A stretch of 63,437 nt of DNA, counting the filler, from Ministeria vibrans ATCC 50519 (taxonomy: Eukaryota > Protista > Filasterea): NCBI GenBank assembly GCA_943704425.1. It is 4 parts of 4 records of this genome, joined end to end, with 100 filler letters (N's around TTAATTAATTAA, not from the genome) between each part and the next. Parts side by side here need not be neighbours in the genome. Positions count along the whole stretch, not along the records: positions 1 to 28,057 come from CALSCP010002779.1; positions 28,158 to 50,368 come from CALSCP010000218.1; 2 more parts are not named here. One strand, written 5' to 3'. The number at the start of each line of letters is the position of its first letter. Positions within the stretch are counted from its first letter, which is position 1. The position numbers were made by a program, and so were the translations under genes. A model generated the notes under the pieces. That model did no database searches. It was not told where the DNA came from and saw nothing but the letters and a program-made list of their open reading frames with translations. Of the stretch, positions 22,473 through 32,600 are shown in pieces.

Positions 22473-24855
22473 ATGTCTGTGATATCTGACCAAGTCCATC
22501 AGTTGGTGGAGTTTGTCAATTGCGATGCGCCAACCGCCCGAAGGCTGCTTGAGGTACGCGAGACGTCTCGACCCGTCTTCGTCTCGCAGTTCGCGAACGA
22601 ACGTGAAAGCTCACACGCCCGCTTCTCTGCTTGCTCTCTCCTGATGTATGCAGATGTCCAGTGGGAACCTTGATTATGCTGTGAGTCTTTTTCTGGAGGG
22701 TGTCGTTCCAGGCGGAGGCGCGTCGGATTCTGGCGACAAGAAACGATCCAAACCTGTTCGTCGCGATACAGACCTTCCTGTTTCCCAAGCTGCTCCGCCT
22801 ACCCGTGCACCGCACGACAATGACAGCCGCGAATCGTTTGGCGACGACCCCGACGAGTATGTGCGTGCGCCTATTCCGTCACGACGGGTGAGACCTTTTT
22901 TTAAAAAACCTGTTTGAAACGGTCGTCTTTTTTTTTTGGCCTAAGCAAGACATGCCATGTGTCGACACGCCACTGCATCCACATGGCCACACACCTACCT
23001 TGTCAGTCTAATACCTCTTCCATATATTTTCTCTTTTTCTCTCTCTCTCTCTTTCTTTTTTTTTCTNNNNNNNNNNNNNNNNNNNNNNNNNNNNNNNNNN
23101 NNNNNNNNNNNNNNNNNNTTTTTTTTACAGGCGGTTCTTGTCGACCAGATGCCACACGATTTCAGTCCACCCTCCCGTACGCGCCGCAATACCCCTCCTC
23201 CCTCTGCTCACCACACACATCCTCTCTTTCTTTCTCTCTCTTTCTCTGTATGGATGCCATTGGTGTGTGCTACAGGCGCGTATCGCGAACGTGGGCGAGC
23301 GCGCGTGCCTGTCCGCGCCGGTAAATGTTTCACAAACCGTCAAAACATCTCAAGACGTTTTTTATTCTTTTAGCATCGTTTCATTTGCCCAAAGGAGCGA
23401 CTCAAGACGAGCTTCTTTTTCAGTTGTTCTCGCCGCCGATCGAGCTCATGTTCAAGGGCTCCTTTGACCAAGTACACTATATTTTGTTGGATACCGGCTT
23501 GCTTTTGCGCTGATCTTCTTTTTTTTTGAAGGCGAAACGGTGTGCTGCCCAGGAAGACAAATGGCTAATGGTGAACATTCAATCGAGCACCGAGTTTGGC
23601 TCGCAGATTCTCAACCGCGACGTGTGGAAAGACAAAGTGGTGACGGATTTGGTGCGGCGACGCTTTCTCTTCCTTCAGGTGCAGCAGGAGTCTCGCGAGG
23701 GCCTGCGACTGCTGCGTCTCTATCCGCAAGACACGCTTCCCGCTGTATTTATAGTCAATGGACGTACTGGTGAGGCTATGTCGAGCATCCGAGTGCCTCC
23801 TGCTTGTTCCAAGGGCTGTGATCCAGCCGACATCCGAAAGCAACGTACCGCTTCTTTTGATTTTTTTTTGTTTCTTTTCTAATTCTTGTGCCAAACCTGC
23901 GTTTGTTTTGGTAGTGAGCGAGTTTTTAGCGGCGACCAATGCTCAGAGCAGCCATGGTGATGCGGATGGAGAGGGAAAGGGAATGTTGAGCGTGGTTGAT
24001 CAGTCTGAAGATGAGCAGGTTCGTTTGGCGATTCAGGCGTCGCTTGCTGCCGAGACGAATGGGAGTGGTCGAAGGAAACGAAAGAGAACGGTGGTGTTGG
24101 ACGACGACGACGACGATGATGATGATGACGAAGACTCATTGTTGCTTGAGAGTGACATTGAAGGAGACACCGAGACGATGACACCGAAGAAAAAAGGCAA
24201 TGGAGTCGAGACTGTTGGCGACAATAGCCATGGCGACGACGACGACGGCGACCGCAACTCAAGGTTATCCGGGACGGGCTTTGCGCTGGCCTCGTCGGGT
24301 TTCAAGCGTCTCCGATTGGCCAGCAACAACGAAAGTGCCAGTGGGAGTGACCGGCTGCTAACACCACGGCAACCGCAGCAATCAACAGTTGACCTCACAG
24401 GCCCCTCTCTTGTGCCACTACGAAGTGAACCTCCGCAAGAAACTGACGCCGATCTTGTGACGCGACTTCAAATTCGCTTCAGCGGTATCCAAAAACACAC
24501 TGCATATGTGAACTATAAGATTACTTTGCATTCTCATTTTTTTTTCTCTCTCTCTCTAGATGGATCGCGTTTGATACGTCGGTGCTACAAGGACGATCGT
24601 GTGTGCGATTTGTTCACTTTTATTCATGACCAAGACCCCTTTTTTAAGAATCAGACCAACTCAGACGAGGTCGAATTTCAGGTAGTTCTTATATATTATA
24701 TATTTTGTGCAGGTTTTCTTCAGGAAATGTATTCATTTTTTTGTTTGTTCTCGTTGCAGATATTGATGCATCGCACTCAGCTTGAAGCGAATGACGAGTC
24801 GTCATTGGCACAAGCTGGCGTGCTTGGCACTGTCCTTTCCGTAAGAATATTGTAA
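22473..24855 (+). CDS. UBXN7: UBX domain protein 7 (UBA-UAS-UIM-UBX)
   Basis: N-terminal UBA-like ARRLLE|MSSGNLDYAVSLF; VRAPIP; LFSPPIELMFKGSF..KWLMVNIQ..LNRDVW (UAS); SEDEQVRLAIQASL (UIM); TRLQIRF..DGSR (UBX). Confidence 0.9.
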
Positions 24856-24864
24856 CCATTGTAA

Positions 24865-25036
24865 AATTTATTATTGGCGTTTCCTCTTTTTCAATTGCGT
24901 GTTGACATTCGAGTCGTGTGCCAACGTGTTTCAAGCGTAATCGTAATTTTATTATTGGCGTTTCTTCTTTTTCAATTGCGTATTGACATTCGAGTCGTGT
25001 TCCAACGTCTCTTGCTGCCGTTTCAAGCGTATTCGT
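24865..25036. repeat. Imperfect tandem duplication (~80/92 bp) of the archaemetzincin 3' end
   Basis: TTATTATTGGCGTTTC..TTTTTCAATTGCGT.TTGACATTCGAGTCGTGT.CCAACGT..TTTCAAGCGTA.TCGT occurs twice in tandem. Confidence 0.85.
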
Positions 25037-26498
25037 GCAGTCAAAGGCAGCGGCGAGTCATCGTGCGCGTCATCGGCGTCGTTTTGTGCAGGCGGCGACG
25101 AGTCGTCCTGCTCGTCGCTGTTATCGTGTGTTGTTGTAGTGCACTGGGCGATGCGCTGTTGGAGCCAGCGCGAGTCATTGTGCAGCTCCCACTGACTGAA
25201 GAGTGCCTGGAGTTGTTGGTATCGCCTGACAATGTTGAAACCAAGGCGGAATTGAAGTTTGCGAAGACATACAACACACAGGCGATGTGGTGCGGCAAAA
25301 TCCTCGCCAAGATGGCCCGTACCCTGCATGAGGCACGCGTGGAAGATGCAATGGTCGAGGCCATACAGATGACACAGTTCGTGGACGAGCAGTTTGCATG
25401 CACGTGAAAGCATGAGACGCGTGGCGTCGTGACATGACACAGCGGGCGGTCGTGTTTGGTGGCTCGAGGGTCGCTCGCACGGCTCAAAGTAACTGTCGGT
25501 TGGTGGTGCCTCGACGTACACCACATCGTGCCAGTCTTCGGGTGACATTCGAATGAGTGGATGGTAACGATGAAACGAGAAGACCGCGACACCTGAGCCT
25601 CCTGCCGCCATTCCCGCCACAAACAAATCGGGGTTGCTGGAGTAGAGATCTTCCATCCTGTGCGAAAAATTAAAGGGAGGCAAAAGTATAGAGAGGCATG
25701 AATGGCATTGGCGGGGGGGGGGGGGGGGGGGCACCGACTGCGCAATGACATCGAAGTCGCGCAGACGAATGTTGCGTTCAAGGAGTTAGGTATTTTTTAC
25801 GTGACACCCACAAGGCAATAAGGGGATTCGAGGTCGGAAGAATAGTCACGGCGGTTCGAGAGTTCGCGCAAGAGTGGATCGACGTGCAACTGCAGATTAG
25901 CGGATGGGGTGTTGTAGCGCCCACGCAGGACGCCCGGAGAACTGACGGCTGTACCCGGAAAACGTAGTACAAGACGAAGCGGTCTGGTGTTGGCAACGTC
26001 AATGGCGGCAGCAGGAAGAATGACAACGGGGCGTTGGAAGAAGGCACGAGTGTACTCGCCGAGAAGTTCGAGCGATGGACCGTGCACTGGCCAGTTTTTG
26101 GCTGCTTCGTCAGGGGTACGGGCACGCACAAGTGGTTGAATGTATATGGTATGAGAATCGGGACTTGCGCGAGGCTTGAGGCGTCCATTGCGCAGAGTCA
26201 ACAGTTGGACGTACTCGTCGAACCGCTGGCCTTCCTCGGGGACGGACGCCAGCCAATCAGACTCGCCTGTGGGCACCGGCAGTGGGCCATACAGCTCATC
26301 ACTCGACTCGTACAACATAGGCTTGTTCAGATCGTCGACGGCACAGCTCACAGCGTCGGGTTGAGCAAGCTGAGTCGCGAGACGTTGCGCTGCCGACGCC
26401 ACTGTGGCCCTCCACGCCGGATCCTTTCGCGCGGGAAACTCTCCACGGGCGTCGTCTACCTCCTTCACAGTGGGTGTGCGGAAATCGGGGTGCCACAT
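24952..26498 (-). CDS. Archaemetzincin (AMZ1/AMZ2-like zinc metalloprotease)
   Basis: HELCHLYGLDHCIFHACLMQG..LCVVCLRKL (HExxHxxGxxHC plus Cys cluster); DWLASVPEEGQRF; TIYIQP; GVT|MEDLY across the intron. Confidence 0.9.
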
Positions 26499-26775
26499 CG
26501 TGAAACGAGGGAGAAATAAAAGTGTGAAATCACTGAAACTTCTTTTGAGCTTTGATTGAAATGTTTTTTTTGGTTTCGGAAACACCAGAAAAAAAAAAGG
26601 TTTCCGAAACAAGCAAGCAGACTGAAGCAGCGACAAATAAATGCCAGTTGGCCGGTGGCAATTGAGAAAAAAAAAATCAAAAATCAAAAAATCAAATGGG
26701 GGGCTTGGTGCGGTCAGAGTGAGACTCAGTGAGTAGAGGAAGTGCTGGGGTGAATTTTAATTTTATACATTTAGA

Positions 26776-27962
26776 ATGCTTTCGAAGAAAGAATGCTACT
26801 CTACAACGTGTCCTAATCGAAGTACAGCGGACGGATCAGGCGTATCGGCCCTGAACCAGCCTGTGTCGGTCAAAAAGCTTGAGATCAACTTCTTCTATCC
26901 GATTCAGCTCACAGAGAACGCCGCTCCCAACATCATTCAATCGGGGCTTGCCATTGCGGGCACCTCGACTCGTGTCGATACGTCTGAGGTATGTGTTGTT
27001 GCTGTTGCTGTATTTTTTTTTTCTTCTTGTTTTGAACTTTTCAACCCTCTCTCACGTCATTAGCTTCGTGCCATGCTCGGCGACGATGGGCACGCGCTTG
27101 CACTGGACGACATCAAGGAAAGCGTGGTTGTGCAGCGCGTCCCGGCGTTTTCGGGCAAGGAGGAGACGATTCCGAGGCGGAGGAGCAAGTCGAAGTGGGC
27201 AGTGGCGCAGACGCGGTATCGCGCTGTGATGGCGATTGCGGCATCGCCGTCGAGTCTGGCGTCCAGTAGTGAACTGGGCATGCCTTTGGAAGAGCGGGGC
27301 TCTGGCATGAGGCTGCCAATTCCGCTGCAGGACCGCCACGACAATGCTTTCGAGTTGCAAGCGATGTATATGCACCGCTGCTCGTTCGATGTGATTGTCG
27401 TGCAGTTCTCCATTGTGTCGATGGGCCCTGTGAATGTCCAGGCGGTGCTTGACCTTCAAAATGCCGTTATGCGACTCGGGGTAAATAACTCAGTGGAGTG
27501 TCCACCAGCCGAGTGCGTATGCTTGGAGCGCTGAAAAGATTTGTCTTTCCATTGTGCACAGGCACCGAAAAAGTCAGTGGGGCGTCTGAGTGTGCTGATG
27601 GGCCAAAGAAGAGTTCCGTTTGAGCCCAAACTGTTCATCGAGAGTGTTATCGAGGCTCATCTGGTAGAAACAATCTCATTGAGAGTGCCAAAGCAGCGAA
27701 GAAGTGGGACTCAGAATTTTGGTTTGCGTTTGTTTGACAGCCCAAGGACGCGTACAAAGTGGACGAGCAGACGGACCGTCTGTTTCTGTTCACACTGGCG
27801 GGAATTTCGGGGCTGAATAACGCCCCGACTAAACTCGAGAGTGTATGCTACACTATATCGCACATGGAAGACACGTGGGACGAGCGCATTGACGAGCGAG
27901 AACTAAGCGAGTGGAAGGCCCGCTCGTGCTATCACCGATTCGCACGGTCGGACGGGGGAGTT
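26776..27962 (+). CDS. Hypothetical protein, 4 exons, 3'-truncated at the scaffold end; possible CorA-like effector N-terminal domain
   Basis: Exons 26776-26988, 27064-27480, 27562-27663 and 27741-27962 splice in frame with GT-AG. The product call is only a remembered motif resemblance. Confidence 0.6.
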
Positions 27963-28057
27963 GTACGTGTGTACTTGGCGTGTTTTTAGTGCTTAGTGTG
28001 CTTAGTGCTTAGTGTGCTTATTGTGTGTGTGCTTATTGTGTGTGTGCTTATTGTGAG

Positions 28058-28157
28058 NNNNNNNNNNNNNNNNNNNNNNNNNNNNNNNNNNNNNNNNNNN
28101 NTTAATTAATTAANNNNNNNNNNNNNNNNNNNNNNNNNNNNNNNNNNNNNNNNNNNN
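28058..28157. other. Artificial scaffold linker (N44-TTAATTAATTAA-N44)
   Basis: An identical 100-nt cassette with stops in all six frames recurs at 50369 and 54017. Confidence 0.95.
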
Positions 28158-28359
28158 TTCCATGTTAACTCATAAGTCCAACTGTCTCTTTTTTTTTTCT
28201 TTTTCTTGTCGAGCGAAAGTGTTTCCCTTGACCCTGTCGCCCAGAGCCACTCGGGCACGAGCGAGGGGGCTGCAGACCCCCACCGCCGAGATACAAGCAC
28301 ACACTTACCAAGGATGAGGCTAAAAAAAGAGACAGTTGGACTTATGAGTTAACATGGAA
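28158..28359. repeat. ~38-bp perfect inverted repeat enclosing ~125 bp (MITE-like)
   Basis: TTCCATGTTAACTCATAAGTCCAACTGTCTCTTTTTTT at 28158 and its reverse complement at 28322-28359. Confidence 0.75.
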
Positions 28360-28479
28360 CGACTAAGACAAATTCAGCGAATAAGTTAATAGGTATTCGT
28401 GTGGCATTCATTGTTCAAGGATCAACGGCCCGTCCAAGCTCAACGACTTTGTTTATGAAATATGAAGAAGCGTTGACTG

Positions 28480-28630
28480 TCAGACGTAGAGCGCCTTGTT
28501 GGCCCAGATGTGCTCAAAGAAGGCTCCGGAATGAAATGCCCAATAGTAACACAAAGTGGTGATCACAAACATCACGTATGCCGTATGGGACCTTCGGTGC
28601 TTCGGAGTAGTCTTCGCGTTCAACTGCCAT
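28480..28630 (-). pseudogene. Frameshifted, truncated tandem copy of the TMEM254-like gene
   Basis: MAVEREDYSEAPKV, then a +1 shift to ..LCYYWAFHSGAFFEHIWANKALYV*. The neighbour reads MTGEREDYYEAP..FYFWAFHPTMFFEQMWANRMLF. Confidence 0.7.
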
Positions 28631-28849
28631 AAGCCATTGTATAATTGAAAATTAATGAAACAAACCGTCAAAGACTCAGCGATTTAAGCGGCACAGAACG
28701 AAACAGTGTCAGTGAGTGTCTACGCTGCAGAATGATCAGCCTTCAAGTCAAAGAAGCGTCGAGAATCGCCTCAAAGGCACTCCAGACTGTCAGACACCCA
28801 GTCGAGAGTTGGCTCGGTTGAGAGGGGCAATAGTTTTTACAAATCATGG

Positions 28850-29262
28850 TTACAAGCGTCTCTCTGCCTTCATCGCTCTCGCGTGCGCCGTAAGCATACG
28901 CAGCGAGCCAAAGCCAAAGAGGAACACCGTGAACACCCACAGGAACGTGGTGCGCATGCGTGCCGACGTAGCTACTTCGTATGCGTATCGAGCCTTCACT
29001 CAAAAGGTTAGGGTTAGGGTAAGGGTTAGGGTTCTGTTTTTGCTACCTCAAGCGCATGCACAAGCCATGCAAGCAAAAAAAGCACAAGCGGTATTGTAGG
29101 GTAGGCAGTCGCAAAGTCAAACAGCATCCTGTTCGCCCACATTTGCTCAAAGAACATTGTGGGATGGAAGGCCCAAAAGTAAAATAGTCCCATCCCAACG
29201 GAGACAGCGAATATATAAACGATCCCCGGCGCTTCATAATAATCTTCCCGTTCGCCAGTCAT
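28850..29262 (-). CDS. TMEM254-like (DUF4499) small membrane protein, 2 exons
   Basis: AWLVHALE|ARYAY..LWVFTVFLFGFGSLRML; 53-nt intron at 28994-29046. Confidence 0.75.
29006..29033 (+). repeat. Interstitial telomere-like (TTAGGG)n inside an intron
   Basis: GGTTAGGGTTAGGGTAAGGGTTAGGGTT. Confidence 0.8.
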
Positions 29263-29640
29263 TGTGGTGTCCACTGACGAGTGACGAGTGAGATGGGGCT
29301 AGAAAACAAACTGAAAATTACAAATTTACAATTAACAACTAAGCTCAAAGAGTTTTTCCCATACTTCCCTCACTTCTCGTGTGCTGCACTCCTGCTGTAG
29401 GGCTCTTTCGTGCGCAATTCGCTTGGCTCCTGCCTGACTGCCTCCTGCTGAGTGTAGTCACCCTACTGCCTAGTGAGCTTATTTCTTCGTCTTCTGCTGC
29501 TGCGTCGCGAAGGAAAACCATAACGCACAACAAACACCGACAACAAACGCCCACGAGCGATTTTGATCTTCGTGCTCGCCGGGAGCGCTAGAAAAGAATT
29601 AGCGTGCGTGAATTAAGTTGTATTCATCGGTGCGGAGTCC

Positions 29641-32600
29641 ATGTTTCATCGGTAAGGGGCATTCTCGATAATTTCCCACGAAGCCAAAACAGTTCACTGA
29701 TATTATTTTTTTTCTCCCCTAATCTTTATATACAGGTCTCTTCGAACCTTATTGGTAACTACATGCATTCTCTTGCTTACGACAAGCGCGCTGGCTCAGT
29801 CGAACGCGGACCACGCGGCGCTCATTTCGTTTTACGGCGATGTGTCGCCCCTGCCGTGGAACATCACCGAGGCGCCCTGCCGCAACAACACCAGCGCGTA
29901 TCTCGGCATACGCTGCAGCCACGGACGAGTGGTTTCCGTGGTCTTGCCTGGCGCTCGAGTTAAGCTCGTCGGCTCCGTCAATGCGCTGTGTCAGCTTGAA
30001 ATGCTTCAAGGCGTCTTCATGCCTCTCAATGCGCTCTCGGGCTCTCTCCTTCCGTGCTGGTGCAATCTAAAGTACCTCAAGACGCTGCAATTCACCAGCA
30101 ACCACCTTGACGGCGCCCTCCCCGACTGCTGGAGCCCCGCGTCGGCTCTTGCTTTCGTCGAGTTGGCCTTCAACAAGTTTACTGGCGAAATTCCTCCAAC
30201 GTTTTGTCTCGCCGCAACCCTCGAGTCTCTGCGCCTTGCTTACAATAATCTCTACGGTTTGATTCCAGACTGCTTTGGAGTCCATGCCTTTCCGACGCTG
30301 AGAACCCTCGACCTCTCTGACAACGCTCTCGGCGGATACTTTTCACCGCTTCTCTGCTCCCTCTCCTCTCTCACGACGCTCGCCCTCTCGAAAAACAACC
30401 TCGGGGGTGTACTGCCCCCATGTATCCATTTGATGGTGTCTCTTCAGTGGCTCGATCTTGCCCACAATTCCTTCGACGGCGACTGGCCCGCAAGCGACTT
30501 GAGCTTGTTGGACTTACGGCACGTGAACCTCGACTTCAATCGCTTCACAGGCTCCCTACTCTGGCTCATTCCCCTCAACAAGGCGGAAACGCTCATTTTG
30601 AGCAACAATCGCTTCTCGGGTCACCTTTATCTGCCCGATAATGCCCCTTTCCTGCAGACCTTTGTTGTCGCCAACAATTTTCTCGTCGGCCAGTTGCCTA
30701 GCAACCTCTTTGCTGACTACCCGAAGCTGACCTCGTTCGTCGCCAGCAACAACCGCCTCAGCGGCTCGCTACCAACCACACGCACACCATACTACCGCAA
30801 CTCGTCACTTCAGCTGTTCTCAGTGCAGACCAACTCCATTGGTGAAACCCTTCCTTCCGCACTCGAGCATCTCACAAGCATGCGTGAACTTGTGCTCTCT
30901 GACAACCGCTTCAAAGGCCCCATCGATGTCATCTACAGCATGCATGCTCTTGAACGTGTCAACCTCGACTACAATTTCTTCTCCGGCACCCTTGACTCGC
31001 TCAACCTTTTGCCTCAATTGCGCGAATTCACCGCCTCGACCAATCGCCTGTATGGCCGCTTCCCCGAGTCCCTCGTGCCACTCTTACCTCGCATGACTGT
31101 TCTTTCGCTCACCTACAACACCTTTACATGCTCGTTGCCGCCAGCTTTGAACAACATCTCCTCCATCAATGCCAACCTATCTCTCGACCTTTTGGAGGGC
31201 AACTACTTCGCGTGCCCCACTGTCGAAGAAAGCGAGGCCTTCAAGGGCGACTGTCTCCGTTTCGAACTGCTCAGCTCGCTGATTGTGGGCGCCGCCGCAG
31301 CCGTCGTCTTTATTTTTGTTTCCCTTTTCATGTTTTTGCGCTACCGGCGTCTCATCAACGCCAACCAACGTCGCGCGCAGTATGGTCTTCTTGCATCGCC
31401 TCATAACGACAACGACGTTGTTGACGACGCCAACGATGACGACGACAGTGCCAGTGCCAGTGGCGACACATGGACCAACGCATATGCGACGCAACCATCC
31501 CTAGACGTCTCCCATACCCCAACCGCTGCCACAGACTCCCATAGCTTTGATGGTGGTGATACAGACGAACTGCGTGAAGGATACCCTGCACTTCAGCCTG
31601 GCTCTGTCATGGACCCCCGTGTTTGGGCATTTTCTCGTTCGCTTCGCCACTTTTTTGTTCACCTGTTGGCGGCCCTCCGACGCGATCGGTTTCCTCAGGA
31701 GTGGTCTTTGTTGCGTCGCCACTGGCACCTGCTTGAGTTTGCACTTCTCCTGGCACTCGTTGCCAGCGCCAGTGCCATTATGATTTGCGCCATTCTCGTT
31801 CCCTACTATTTCTACTTGCTCAAAACGGACCCCAGCAGCTGTCCGACGCCTTTTGCCCTCAGTGCCATTGTACTTAATGTGGGAGAGGATGTGTCCAGTA
31901 CGTGGGTGTACCTGGCCATTGTGATGGGCCTCATTGTGCCCCTGGTCATAGTTTTTTTCTCCATCGCCGCGGTGGGTCTCGGTCATGTAGGTGTGCCGAG
32001 TCTGCTCAAGAAGCAAGCCTACAGCAATACCCTCTCCCGCCACGCTATCATCCTCAATCCCCTGCCACCCCTACCCATTGCCCACTTGGAGAACGAAGCG
32101 GCGAGGCGCAGCGCCGCCCGCTACTGGCTGCGCGACTACTTTGTGTCGCTCTACGGCCATCGCGAGATTGAGTCGCTTGACATTGTGCATCCGGGAACGC
32201 AACTGCTTGCAAAAGACGAAACGCGCTCGCTTTCCCAGCGCATGCTTGAATGGCATCGTTACGGCATGGAGAACGAGGCGTCCTTTGCCATCATCAAATT
32301 CAAACATGCCACCACAGCCAAGCGTTGTCTGCACGACCACAACCTGTCGCGACGCCGTGTCGCTTGCAACCTAAACATCACCTACTGTAGTGTGTGCCAC
32401 GTTCTGTCGACCAGCATTGTTCATGAGTCAATGCAGTCAACCGCACCACAACAAGGCACTCGAGCCAATCACAACAACGACATTGCTCTTGACCCGCTCA
32501 GCACCCCTCTTCTTGAACAGGTTCATGGACCTGGCAACGGGCAGCGCACCAATGTCAGCAACACTAGTGATGACTCGATAGACCGTCCCAACACCAACAT

